The translations under genes and the position numbers were made by a program. DNA of 63,432 nucleotides, counting the filler, from Octopus bimaculoides (taxonomy: Eukaryota), in the NCBI RefSeq assembly GCF_001194135.2. It is 8 parts of 7 records of this genome, joined end to end, with 100 filler letters (N's around TTAATTAATTAA, not from the genome) between each part and the next. Parts side by side here need not be neighbours in the genome. Positions count along the whole stretch, not along the records: positions 21,152 to 33,718 come from NC_068981.1; positions 33,819 to 38,203 come from NC_068981.1; positions 38,304 to 50,270 come from NC_068996.1; 5 more parts are not named here. One strand, given 5' to 3'. Each line of letters starts with the position of its first letter. Positions within the stretch are counted from its first letter, which is position 1. The notes under the pieces were generated by a model. That model was not told the origin of the DNA, made no database searches, and was given only the letters and a program-made list of their open reading frames with translations. Below, piece after piece: positions 26,006 to 39,590 of this stretch.

Positions 26006-26315
26006 TGTAGCATACATATTTTACATCAAAGTTAAACAGTTTACAGCTTTTATGTAGTTTATTTATTTATTTTTAATTTTTAATGTTAATTTTGAATGTA
26101 TCGTAGAGGAAAGAAGGCCTTGTCAGAAAGAATGAGCTCTCCATCTCACTCTTTCGAAAAATTCAACCATTTTTTTTTTTTTTGATAGCATTTCCAAGTG
26201 GATCATATTCGTGAACTTCGGAACATTTTTCATGAACATAGATGGGTAAAATCAATTATTTGACTCGGTTGTGTATAGCAGTCAAATATGAATGTTATAT
26301 GGTGTTCACCAAATA

Positions 26316-27509
26316 TTAGGTTTGCCAAAGAAAGTCCGTTCGGTTCTTTAAGTGGGAACAAAACAAGTTTTTAAAACAAAGCGATTTATTCAATCAATGA
26401 TATATTTATCGTTTCGTTTCAATATCTTCTGCCATCGTGTAGGCAGATCCATTATTCCCTGCACAAACAATTTCGTGTCTTTACTAAGGAAAAAATTCTT
26501 CCAGGCGACTTTTTACATTCTCTTCAAAGCTGAAGATCTGTCCATCCAATGAATTTTGAAGAGACTGAAACAAGTAGAAATCTGAAAGGCGAAAAATCAG
26601 GTGAATATGGGAGGCGCGGCAAAACTTCCCAGCCAATCTCCATTAACTTCTGCCGCGTCTGCAAAGAAGTATGCGGTTTTACATGGCCACGAGAGACAAT
26701 GCCTTTACAATAAACAATTATTGGACGGTTCTGGTGAATGGTTGCATTTAATTTGTCTTGCTACTCCAGTACACATCCAAATTGATGGTCCGATCCGTGA
26801 TGAGAAGCGAGTAAAAAGTACCACCCTTCCAATCCTACCAAATTGAAAGCATAAACTTTGAGTGAAGTCCTGCTTTGGAGGTTGTTTGTGGTGGTTCCCT
26901 CGCTTCACCCATGAGCGTTTGCGTTTCATATTATCATAGTCGATCCATTTTTCGTCTCTTGTTAAAATTCTCTTCAAAAAAGGGGTAATTTTGTTTTTAT
27001 GTTTCTGTAAAGAACTACAGATAGAAATCCATTGAGCAAAGTTAGTCTCATTCAACTGATGTGGGACCCAAGCCTCACGTTAATCCGGATGGTTTTTTTA
27101 ATACTCACTTTGGATATTTGGGGAATATCTGCAATCATCCTGGTTGTATAGCAAGGGTTGGGGTTACTATTAATCTCAGTTCGCTGGCCAGAGTGAGGTG
27201 CATCTTGACGCCGAAAGATTTCACGATCGAAACCCACTACTGGAACGCATGTTTCGTAACAGCATCCTCCCCATACACAACGCATATCTCCCTGCATGGT
27301 TCCACTGCTTTCTTACCTTTTTTAAAATAAAAAAAAGTATGAGGTGTCGATAATGTTCGTCTTGGCTCTTCATATTCAGGATGATTCCAAACACACAATA
27401 CAACCTGTCTCGTTGCAAGTTCGCGCCGAACAACGTTGAAGTGTCAAGTATCTAACGAGAGCTCATGTGCAAGGGACAAACTGAAGTTAGCTACCTTTTG
27501 GCAACCCAA
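26316..27509 (-). mobile_element. Mariner (Tc1/mariner) element of about 1.2 kb, degraded
   Basis: WVPHQL, FLKRILTRDEKWIDYDN and a frameshifted SPD-AP-SDFYLF-like motif. Imperfect TIRs TTAGGTTTGCCAAA and TTGGGTTGCCAAAA, with TA on the left flank. Confidence 0.88.
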
Positions 27510-27559
27510 CATCTAGTATAGTAACATCTAATTTTATTATTGCTAAACTTTCATAAGAC

Positions 27560-27775
27560 GGTGAGCTGATAGCTCCCACAGCATGCCGGACGAAACGCTT
27601 TGCGGCATTTACGTTCTGCAGTCTTTAATTTCTGCGTTCAAATTCCACCGAGGTCGACTTTCACCCTTTTGGCGTCGATAAAATTAGTACTAGTTGAGCA
27701 TTGAGATCGATATAATCAGCTAGACCCTTCCCTCAAAATTTCAGGTCTTGAGTCTATAATAGAAAGGATTATTAT
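27560..27775 (+). mobile_element. tRNA-derived SINE family A
   Basis: B-box-like GTTCAAATTCC, core CCGAGGTCGACTTT..CCTTT.GG.GTCGATAAA.TTA.GTAC. Other copies near 8890-9040(+), 31943-32180(-), 36503-36720(-), 42040-42240(-), 46079-46300(+), 46965-47190(+), 47738-47947(-), 47975-48180(-), 48445-48660(+), 62705-62935(+), 62940-63130(+). Confidence 0.8.
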
Positions 27776-27792
27776 TAAACTTCATACACATG

Positions 27793-27857
<65 letters not shown>

Positions 27858-29442
27858 CGACATATATTTTGTACATAGTTTTCTCTCATACACATACATA
27901 TACTCAAATATTTTGGGAATTAGAGACTTTTCCGATTGAGATCGATTCTGTCAATACTCAGGTGTTTACATGACTCTGCATTCATTTCATTGTTGGATAA
28001 AATCTATAGATATAGTCTACTGCGCAGTATAACATTGAAACAACATACTGTCAACGCCCTAATAATTTAATACTCCCACCACCACATACACAGATACACA
28101 CACTAGAGTTGAACTGGTGAAATCATTGCGACGTTGTATAGAATGTCTCACACTGTTTGTTCCGCTTCTCTACGCTCCGAGAGGTCAGCTGCTAAAAGTG
28201 CCGGTCAAGATACCTTGTGGTAACTGCTCGTAACGCGTCACCCGATTTAACACGATCATCAGGTATACCTCTCTGTCTTTAACAGTGTGTGTATATGTTT
28301 GTGTGTCTGCGTTTGTCCCCTCCCCCCAACTTCGCTTGACAACCGATGCTGGTGTGTTTACGTCCCCGTAACTTAGCGGTTCGGCAAAAAAGACCGATAA
28401 GTACTAAGCTTACAAAGAATAAGTCCTGGGGTCGATTTGCTCGACTAAAGGCGGTGCTCCAGCATGGCCGCAGTCAAATGACTGAAACAAGTAAAAGAGT
28501 AAAAGAGTAAAGAGTAAAAAGTATGTATGTATGTATGTATGTATGTATGTATGTGTGAATGTATGTATGTATGTGTGAATGTATGTATGTATGTATGTAT
28601 GTATGTATGTATGTATGCATNNNNNNNNNNNNNNNNNNNNNNNNNNNNNNNNNNNNNNNNNNNNNNNNNNNNNNNNNNNNNNNNNNNNNNNNNNNNNNNN
28701 NNNNNNNNNNNNNNNNNNNNNNNNNNNNNNNNNNNNNNNNNNNNNNNNNNNNNNNNNNNNNNNNNNNNNNNNNNNNNNNNNNNNNNNNNNNNNNNNNNNN
28801 NNNNNNNNNNNNNNNNNNNNNNNNNNNNNNNNNNNNNNNNNNNNNNNNNNNNNNNNNNNNNNNNNNNNNNNNNNNNNNNNNNNNNNNNNNNNNNNNNNNN
28901 NNNNNNNNNNNNNNNNNNNNNNNNNNNNNNNNNNNNNNNNNNNNNNNNNNNNNNNNNNNNNNNNNNNNNNNNNNNNNNNNNNNNNNNNNNNNNNNNNNNN
29001 NNNNNNNNNNNNNNNNNNNNNNNNNNNNNNNNNNNNNNNNNNNNNNNNNNNNNNNNNNNNNNNNNNNNNNNNNNNNNNNNNNNNNNNNNNNNNNNNNNNN
29101 NNNNNNNNNNNNNNNNNNNNNNNNNNNNNNNNNNNNNNNNNNNNNNNNNNNNNNNNNNNNNNNNNNNNNNNNNNNNNNNNNNNNNNNNNNNNNNNNNNNN
29201 ACAAACAACAGCAGTATCTTTATTCAGCTCAATAGACGTCCTTGATTTATTGAAATTACCCAAATACGACAACTTTAACAAGAAATAACTTCGAAAATAT
29301 AAATTTTTCTCAACAATGCTAAGAGTAAAAGATGACACATTCTATATGACACATTCTAGCAGTATACGAAGTTTCAAAGTTTTTAGTTAAAAAATAATAA
29401 TTTATCGATCTGCCGATCAAAAGGGAAAGTTCTATGTGTGTG

Positions 29443-29493
<51 letters not shown>

Positions 29494-29520
29494 GTACAGG
29501 AAAAATTTAATCGTTATTAG

Positions 29521-29697
29521 GTGTGACTAAGGATGCCGACGCACCTACATTGCTAGAAATAGGAGTTTAAAATCCTTAATACTGTAAGAAGTGTTCAATA
29601 TATATACACTGACAGGTGAGGTAACCGCCCCATGACCGTCTCTAGAATCACTAGACTAGTTCTAGCAATATAGGTGCTCCGGCACTCTTAGTCACAC
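29521..29697. mobile_element. 177-bp MITE with 42-bp imperfect TIRs
   Basis: TIRs 29521-29562 and 29656-29697 match 36/42; TTAG directly repeated on both flanks. Confidence 0.7.
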
Positions 29698-32600
29698 TTA
29701 GTGACGATTAAAGTTTTCCTTTGTGGTTTTACATTGCGCCTAGCTGTTTATGTGCTTATAAATTTGTGTTGCAGGATTCCTGATGTGAAACCGTGTGTTG
29801 AAACATATTGTAATATTTCAGGATAGTCATATTTTTTCTTTTGCCAAATAAACACACGCGCTATATATTCGTTCTTCACTTGTTTATTGCTGTTCTTATT
29901 TCATCTTATGTCCATTGTCCGGAAATCTTTCGTCACACATCTGTGACCTCTTCAGCGACCCTTTCCTTCGACGTGTGTACTCCTGCTTCGCTTAATCCAT
30001 TCGGTCCTATCTTTCGTCGTTTGTCTGTTGTGGGATAGTATTCTTTTGTTGAAGGGTAGGTTTGTCAGATAAATACGACTCATATCGTACGAATTATCAC
30101 ATGGATTGTTAAATAGCATGTGAAAGGGTTTAGTGTCATTTGTACCTCTGGCACTTCTTGTTGTCCTATCATTTCTCTGGGGACCATTTCTTTGATTGTC
30201 TCTGTTGTTATTGTTGTTGGTATTGTTGTTGTAGTTCTCCTTCTTGGTGGTGATGGTGCTGGTGGTGTTGCTATGTGTATTGTTTTTTCTGTAATGTTGG
30301 TTTGTATGTTTTCATAGTTATTTCGTTATTGTTGTTGTTATTATCGTTGCCCTCCCCACAATCATCGTTACATATATACATATACATACATACATACATA
30401 CATGCGACGGGACGTAGAAATACTTGCGTTAGTGTCTGACGGCCAAGTAAGCCCATTGGGAGTGAGGGACCCCTGGTCTTTGTTAAGGTATCCCTCAAGG
30501 AGAAGGTTAACTCGTATATAAAACACGCTGCTCTACTAAGCTGGATATTTTGTGCTTTGCTTGTTCCTTGATACTGTTATTGAGCACTGGCGGCTCGTAT
30601 ATAGGTACTGCGGAACTTCAGCACCCCCTATTTCTACTCGATATCATCGATAACATTCGATATAATGAGTCCTTTTTTCTTTAATTCTTTCTTTATACTT
30701 ATATATTATATAACCCTTAAACTTAATGTCAGTAGCCATCCCCTACATTATAAAAAAATGCAAAAATCCTTGTATAGAACTGTGTGCTTCACAGTTCCAG
30801 CGACGCGGTATTTGGATGTTGTGCGCATGCTCACATGTCCGAGATAGGAAGCTTCCCGCTAGGAAGAGACAGCACTGTCGTTCATGCAGTGCCGGTGAAA
30901 AGCAGTGTTTCTTTTTGACAATGCATGTGTTGTGCTTAGAAATGTGTTTATAGTCTGGAATGTGATAAAGTGTAGGATTAGATTATTATCCTGCTTCCAG
31001 CTTCAGTGTTGCTGCCAGGATTTGAAAAATAGGGCAGATTCCCCCCGCCCTTATTTTGTGATTTAGGGAGGATTTTTGAAAAACCAGGGGGAATTTCGCG
31101 GCAGTGTTCAGTGAACAAATTAAACACACTACCCGGTAGTGACTAAAATGCGAACCGATCAAGTTTTATGTATAAATATTCTTTTTATATGTTTGTTTCC
31201 TTTTACACNNNNNNNNNNNNNNNNNNNNNNNNNNNNNNNNNNNNNNNNNNNNNNNNNNNNNNNNNNNNNNNNNNNNNNNNNNNNNNNNNNNNNNNNNNNN
31301 NNNNNNNNNNNNNNNNNNNNNNNNNNNNNNNNNNNNNNNNNNNNNNNNNNNNNNNNNNNNNNNNNNNNNNNNNNNNNNNNNNNNNNNNNNNNNNNNNNNN
31401 NNNNNNNNNNNNNNNNNNNNNNNNNNNNNNNNNNNNNNNNNNNNNNNNNNNNNNNNNNNNNNNNNNNNNNNNNNNNNNNNNNNNNNNNNNNNNNNNNNNN
31501 NNNNNNNNNNNNNNNNNNNNNNNNNNNNNNNNNNNNNNNNNNNNNNNNNNNNNNNNNNNNNNNNNNNNNNNNNNNNNNNNNNNNNNNNNNNNNNNNNNNN
31601 NNNNNNNNNNNNNNNNNNNNNNNNNNNNNNNNNNNNNNNNNNNNNNNNNNNNNNNNNNNNNNNNNNNNNNNNNNNNNNNNNNNNNNNNNNNNNNNNNNNN
31701 NNNNNNNNNNNNNNNNNNNNNNNNNNNNNNNNNNNNNNNNNNNNNNNNNNNNNNNNNNNNNNNNNNNNNNNNNNNNNNNNNNNNNNNNNNNNNNNNNNNN
31801 NNNNNNNNNNNNNNNNNNNNNNNNNNNNNNNNNNNNNNNNNNNNNNNNNNNNNNNNNNNNNNNNNNNNNNNNNNNNNNNNNNNNNNNNNNNNNNNNNNNN
31901 NNNNNNNNNNNNNNNNNNNNNNNNNNNNNNNNNNNNNNNNNNATGTTTCTTATTTCTTTATTGCCCACAAGGGGCTAAACATAGAGGGGACAAACAAGAA
32001 CAGACAAAGGGATTAAGTCGATTACATCGACACCAATGCGTAACTGGTACTTAATTTATCGACCTCGAAAGGAAGAAAGGCAAAGTCGACCTCGGCGGAA
32101 TTTGAACTCAGAACGTAGCGGCAGACGAAATACAGCTAAGTATTTCGCCCGGCGTGCTAACGATTCTGCCAGCTCGCCGCCTTATCACATGCATATATTG
32201 TACTGCAAATGTTTATAGATTTTTAGCAAGCATCGTGCGTGAGAGACGAATATAAATGCTTTCCTTTTTTTATATAAAACATCTGTCCACGTAGACATTG
32301 CATATAAAATAGCGTGCTTACATGTCTATACATATATTATTGACTAAAATCTATACATGTAATCTATAACATACACAGTTTAGCATTTGAAACAAAATAC
32401 TGTCAACGCCCTACGAATTATACATATATATACACGTACGTACATACAAGCATGCAAACATATATATACACACACATACGTACATACATACATACATACA
32501 TAATGTATGTATGCTTGTATGTATACCTATATGTATGTATCTGTTTAAATACATGCTTATGTATATGTATAAGACGAAGGCGCACACAAATACGCGCGTG

Positions 32601-32659
<59 letters not shown>

Positions 32660-35112
32660 GACGGGCTTCTTTCAGTTTCCGTCTGCCTAATCCACTCACA
32701 AGGCTTTGGTCCACCCAAGAATATAGAAGAAGACACCTACCCAAGGTACCACGCAGTGGGACCGAACCTGAAACCATGTGATTGAGAAGCAAGCTTCTTA
32801 CCACACTGCCACATCTGTAATATACGTGGTGTTACTAACTGGCACACCGCCGGTTTCGATGACGAGTGTTCCAGTTGATCCGATCAACGGAACGGCCTGT
32901 TCCTGAAATTATCATGCAAGTGGCTGAGCACTTGTCTGACAGGCGTAACCTTAACGTAGTTCTCGGGGTAATTCAGCATGACAAGTGATGTCTGCCTGAC
33001 GATGAGCAATGTCGCATGCGATGTTCATGTCAAGGTCATTGATAGGAGAACACAAAATCATGAACGGCAATCAAACCTGTTACCCCCCCTCTCTCTCTCT
33101 CTCACACACACACACAATCACCTTAAATTGTTATAAAATATAAAATTAATTTAATAGAAATGGCATGAAATACCAACAACCAGAATGCAGTTTCTGCTCC
33201 TGCGGTACATCCACGTTCCTTATGTTTTGTTCTGCCGCAGTTAATAGTCTGTTCCCTTTGTTCTTGGTTTTATATAGAAGCTTATTTCAATATATATTTC
33301 TCTTTTTGTTTTTATTTGTTTTAAGCTTTTTGCTTGTGTCAATCATTAGACTGCAGCCATGCTGGGGCACCACCTTGAAGGATTTAATCAAACAAATCGA
33401 GCACCAGCACTTATTCCATCGGTTTTTCTGCTAAACCGCTAGGTAAAAACGACATAAATAAACCAACACGCACACATATATTCTTAAAAATTTTTTTTTT
33501 ATTTGTTTCAGTCGTTTGACTGCGGCCATGCTGGAGCACTGCCTTTAGTCGAACAAATCGACCCCAGGACTTATTCTTTTTAAACCAAGTACTTATTCTA
33601 TCGGTCTATTTTGCCGAACCGATATGCTACGGTGACGTAAACACACCAGCATCGGTTGTCAAATGATAGTAGGAGGACAAACACAAACATACACACAAAC
33701 ATACACACAAACATATACNNNNNNNNNNNNNNNNNNNNNNNNNNNNNNNNNNNNNNNNNNNNTTAATTAATTAANNNNNNNNNNNNNNNNNNNNNNNNNN
33801 NNNNNNNNNNNNNNNNNNTTTAAAAGAGTTCCAACTCTGTCTGTTTTTATGTTTTATTTATATGCTTATAAAATTAATGTGGGATATAGAATATGGAATA
33901 TATAATATAATATAATATAAATGGTAAAATGAAATGAAGTATTGAGTGTCTTATTGAATATATGAAATATTGTGTATTAAATATAGAGAATCATATATAT
34001 ATATAGGGTCGAACGAAAGAAAGAGGTACTCAACATATTCGATGGGAGATACATCTATGATTTAACTAGCTTAAAAGCCGCTCGATAGGGCGGTTTTTAA
34101 GTTAGTATATAACTTTTAAGTATCTGACCCTGAATGGGTAGATCTGCAAACAGATCTCCGACTTGTTTTGGTGAATTTGTTGCAATTGTTTCTTCCAGAG
34201 TAATATCCCAATGATGATCATATTCGTCGCAGAAAATTATGTGAAAAAAAAATCACCGAAAACATTCGCAGCAATGAAAACATAGGAATCCAAAATTTCA
34301 GGATTGCAGATCCGGATTAGGCCTGGAATGTTTTTAATTTACTCCCAGTGTTAGCTTTTCAATTATAAAAATTGTTCTCGTCCTAAAACATTTGTCGCAA
34401 AAAGTCACGTAAAGAATTCGCCGAAAACAATCACAGTAATGAGAACTTGGGAATCCAAAAGTTTAGGATTGTGGGTCTGGATTCAAAATTTGAAGCCTAG
34501 TACTTCCAGTAGAAAGAATGTATTAAAGTTGAATATATATGACACACTGACATTCACATTTATTATATTAGATATGTTTAATTTTGGGGAAACTTTATTT
34601 CAATTAAAGTGTATTTTATTTATATTTATGTGTGTGTATGTAAATATATGTGTATTAAACAAAGTAAAAAATAAAATAAAAATGGTGGGGTTCAGTATGT
34701 TAGCGACAGGAACTTCTGTCAAAGAGACATGGTTAAACAAAGTTATACATCATCTCCCTCTTTCTCTTACACACCCACTCTTTTTCCCTCTTTTAGTATT
34801 ACATCCACTACCACCATCAACACTACTACTATAAAACACCATCAACTCTCCCTAAATTTCTGTGTCTCTCTTTCTCTCCCTCTCCTATTCTTTCTCTTTC
34901 TCTTACTGTCTGTCTTCACCACCGCCCTCACCGTCTCTATGCCTACTATTGCTCTCACCCCATCATGAGGAATAGTAGGAGTGTCATTGAATAGTGAGAG
35001 AGGAGGTCTAAGTATGACACACTGACAGAAATTAATTTTCGCATTTATTATATTAGATAATAGCTCCATATGGCTTAATGTTTTGTGGGCGCGTAGGATG
35101 AAACCATTTCAT

Positions 35113-35164
<52 letters not shown>

Positions 35165-35710
35165 TTTTTTACTTGTTTATACGATATAAGTCTGTCTCAG
35201 CTCAATTGGCCTGGGGTACTATACAGAAGGTCTTCCCTAACTAACAGCATTGTGTAGTATGTGGGTTGTTCTCAAAAGTGATTTGTTTTCACAAATATTA
35301 CTATTGTTCGATATTATGGTCTGTGAAATTCATCATCGCCCTCTTCATGAATTACAAAACTCCGTTGACTGTTGATATTATCTCGGTATTTATACACGAC
35401 ACCATGTTCATTTTTATAATAGCACAGACCATAACGACAATGCTAGCTGCAATGACAACGTTTCGCCATGATCCAATAAGTGAGTCTCATTGTTGTCACA
35501 TCAACTGCTGGAAATAGTAGTAAAATCTTTTCTCAAATTATGCGTTACTGTTTAAAATAAAGCAGATGTTTATGAGTGGATAGCTTCGATTATACGAGTG
35601 CTCAATCAAGGCTGAGAGGGAAACATTAACAATATCAGTAACACGACCATAGACACGGGCATAAACACAGATATTGACACGGATACAATCGTACCCACTC
35701 TACTAAACGT

Positions 35711-35800
<90 letters not shown>

Positions 35801-37074
35801 ACACCAGTTAGATTCTGGTACACACATAGCTGTTAGACAAACAGATACAAAGACACACACATAAACACATGCCAGAAACACAGACTCACATACCAGTGAT
35901 ACTCAAACAGGCTACACACACCATACACAACAACATAAACACACATGCCTTGCTACAGAAACACCTAAACACATATACACATACAATAACCATGACAAGA
36001 CATACAGACAGAGTTTAGCAAATCACAAACAACACAAAACACCTGCGGCCAGTTTCAGAAACACCACAGATAAGAAGGTCACAGAAATGATAATAGAAAA
36101 ATATTTTTCGAAACTAAACAACAAATCATAATGTTGTGAGCATGACTGCTGACTGCTTATTTTTCTTTCCATCGGCACATGTGCCACTCACAGGTTTATA
36201 AGGTTAAACTATAGCAACGACATTCTAGAAACAGCAACTAAATATGGTTTGTAGTAGATTCCGCCATTTTTCGCTAATGTCGTCTGGTATAAATTATGAT
36301 TGAAAAAAAAAAAAAAAAAAGAGAAAGGTAAGGTCACGGATAGAAAGTGCTCAAATAATGATTACCGAGGGCTAAACAACATCAGTTATTATACCAGCTA
36401 CAGCTATATTCTACAATACAATCAATGTACCAGTCGTACCTTACAGTTGATATTCCTGTCAAAGTCATATTCTACCACACAATAAATATACCAATGATGG
36501 CTATACTCTTTTCTACTCTAGGCACAAGGCCCGAAATTTTGGGGAAGGAGGCCAGTCGATTAGATCGGCCCCAGTACACAACTGTTACTTAATTTATCGA
36601 CCCCGAAAGGATGAAAGGCAAAGTCGACGGCGGCGTATTTTGAACTCAGAACGTAGAGACAGACGAAATACTGCTAAGCATTTCACCCGGCGTGCTAACG
36701 TTTCTGCCAGCTCGTCGCCTCCTGTGATAGCTGTATATTATAGCTGGCACTAACTATACAAGTCGTAGCTTTATTCTTCCTCAGTAAATATTCCAGTCAG
36801 AGCTATCGTCTCCCTTGCAGTCACTGTAGTATATATGGTAACTTTTCACATTATAATCAATTTGTTATTAGACTGTTAGATTACCTCAGATTTTTCTTCT
36901 ACTATTTCCGAGTCGATCGTATTCTAGAGGCCAAAGCTTTCTGAAGCTTGGTGACCATCACCACTGAGTTGCAGCTCAGCGAGAAAAGTTTGCTCAAAGC
37001 TGTGATGTTGTAATGTTTTCTAAATGTGTAGCAAATCGTTTTGACTGCTGCTCTCCCAATGTCAGCAATGAATG

Positions 37075-37300
37075 CGCGTGGCCTAGTGGTTAAGGGTGTT
37101 GGACTCATGATCGTAATATTGTTGTTCGATCACTGGACGCGTTGTGTTCTTGGGCAAAGCACTTCATTTCACGTTTTTCCAGTTTACTTAGCTAGCAAAA
37201 AGGAGTAATCCTGCGACGGATAGGTGTCCCGTCCAGGTGGGGAATATATGCGTCATGGAAACAGGCCCTATGAATCTATACGACTCGGCAAGGATTTTCA
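37075..37300 (+). mobile_element. tRNA-derived SINE family D
   Basis: GCGCGTGGCCTAGTGGTTAAGGGTGTTGGACTCATGATCG head; homologous copy at 55306-55545(+). Confidence 0.7.
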
Positions 37301-38308
37301 TCCTGTCTACCCAACGCTGGGGCGACGGCAGTCTAACAACATCATTATTACGTAGACTAAGTATTCACTCCACAGAAGTAAATCAAAACGCACGATGGAG
37401 CTTCTGCGCGAGCTGCAGAGTAGTTACAAATACTATTTTATTGTTGGAATGCAATTCATTATAGGTCTGATGGGTCGGATGTAACTAAATGCTAAAGATC
37501 AACATTGAAACGCATGAAAACTAACCGAAAATGCTCTAGTTTCGTCATGTTGCTTTAAGACGTCCCAGACACAAAGAATCTGGAGACTATGATCCTGCAT
37601 ACGGAACACCAGCTTAGCAACACCAGAGCAGAGCGCGCCGAGGTGACGACTTGAATAGACAACGCATCCGGTTCCAAACCTGTCAACACTTCGCGGATAG
37701 GTATGATTTGAATGACACCGATTCCCCGATAGCCGCAAAAGCCAACCATAACGGAATATCTATGCAACCTCTACACATGCATAGGGGCAATAAAGAACAG
37801 CGACTATGTCGGTCTTCAGAGAAAACTTTGTTCTGAAGCTATCATTAATCTAATAAACTTTCTTATATTCACGAGTGAGAATGTGAGAATCGAATCTCTA
37901 CATCAATGCGCGATCTGCTAGAGATAGCAACCAAATATTCATCAAAGTTATACCTTATAGTTTTTGAACAATGTGGTCTCATATGGTCTAAGTCTGAAGA
38001 AATCCGGAACAAAAAACGAAAGGCCGTAGAAACACAATTGGAACATCTTCAAGGAATGACGTATTAAATCAGATTTGATTTGGGGTAAAACAACAAAAGT
38101 AAAACATAGATGTAGACCCTGGACATTACAATTCAGGCATAATATAACAGTTATACATACATATTATATGACAACCAATATGATATGATATGTAATATAT
38201 ATANNNNNNNNNNNNNNNNNNNNNNNNNNNNNNNNNNNNNNNNNNNNTTAATTAATTAANNNNNNNNNNNNNNNNNNNNNNNNNNNNNNNNNNNNNNNNN
38301 NNNATATA

Positions 38309-39590
38309 CTAGCAGTAATACCCGTCGTTGTACGGGTAATTACTTTTACTGTTTCTCGGGAGCCACATTCAAAGTATTATTATATATATAATTTAATCCT
38401 CCTGTATGTGTGTATTTTTATAAGAGAAAAATATGTAATAATTGAAGTAATAATTAATATGACAATAATAAGTGAGTTCTATGTGTTATTTTATTTATCA
38501 ATACAGCAATGGCAACTATACAATACACTTCATTTAAATAGGTAATTTACTCATTCTTGAACGTAATGATAGTAATGTTAAATTAAGTTATTGAAGTATT
38601 TATGTTGCATTAAAAGTCAATATCTCTTTATAAACAATGTTTTGGGGTGTTTTTTTTTTAACTTCGGGATGCATAAGGAAAAAGATTTGTATTTGCTCCC
38701 AGACGTGATGCTTGTACATAAAGTTGGCCATGTGATAGGCAGGATTGTTCAAGTTGCAATCCAGCAACTTTCAGTGTTTGGCCCTAACTTTTATTAATGC
38801 TCTTGGCAAAAGAAAGTGGAATAGGAAATTGTAACCGCTTAAATTGGAATGGGACATATTTGAAGGTGTAACTAGTATGCAAGAAATGAAGACGGTTTCA
38901 CATTTACCACAACCAGTGAGAATATTTGCCTCAATGCAGTTCCTCACAAGTTTGTGCGCAAATAATCTTGTACCATTGCATAATTTTGGTTGAGACAAAT
39001 TATACAATAGCATAATAGGAGTCCATTTTCTCAGTTGAAGACAATGAAGAGCTGTACTTGGTGGTTCTAGTGACTTGAAAATTTCGATGGGGTAGTTGAC
39101 ACTATCCTGATCATCAAAAACACTGTCAATTGAGATATAAGTGAATACTTCTCCCGGTAGTTTATTCAATAGCATATTATAATATGTAGAGGAACATTTT
39201 TGGAGCCAGGATAACTCGCTTACAGATCCAATCTGTTTTGTTGTAATTATGATTCGACGGAATCAGTTGAATTACATATTGAATTGAGTGTAAGAAACTG
39301 TTCTTTATCAATTGGAACTCTTCACCGAGTTTCAAAAGCTGCTCTGCAAATAGTTCAGCTGACTGATCTCTTGAAAGCCTCGATCTCATATAATAATTGA
39401 AGTAGAAAAAATATCAATTTCATATATGAACTTCTGTTTGTTTGTTATATGATAATAAGTGAGTTGCATGTGTTATTTTATTTATCAATACACTAATGGC
39501 AATTATGTAATACAGTTCATTGAAATAGGTAATTTAGTCAAGATAGTAATGGTAAATTAAGTTATTGAAGGATTCATGTTGCATTAAGAG
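38309..39590 (-). mobile_element. Helitron 3' portion (Pif1 helicase C-terminus, terminal hairpin and CTAG)
   Basis: LLYNLSQPKLCNGTRL, IEANILTGCG and SHGQLYVQASR helicase motifs; hairpin TACCCGT-N6-ACGGGTA (38319-38338) followed on the minus strand by CTAG then T. Confidence 0.9.
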
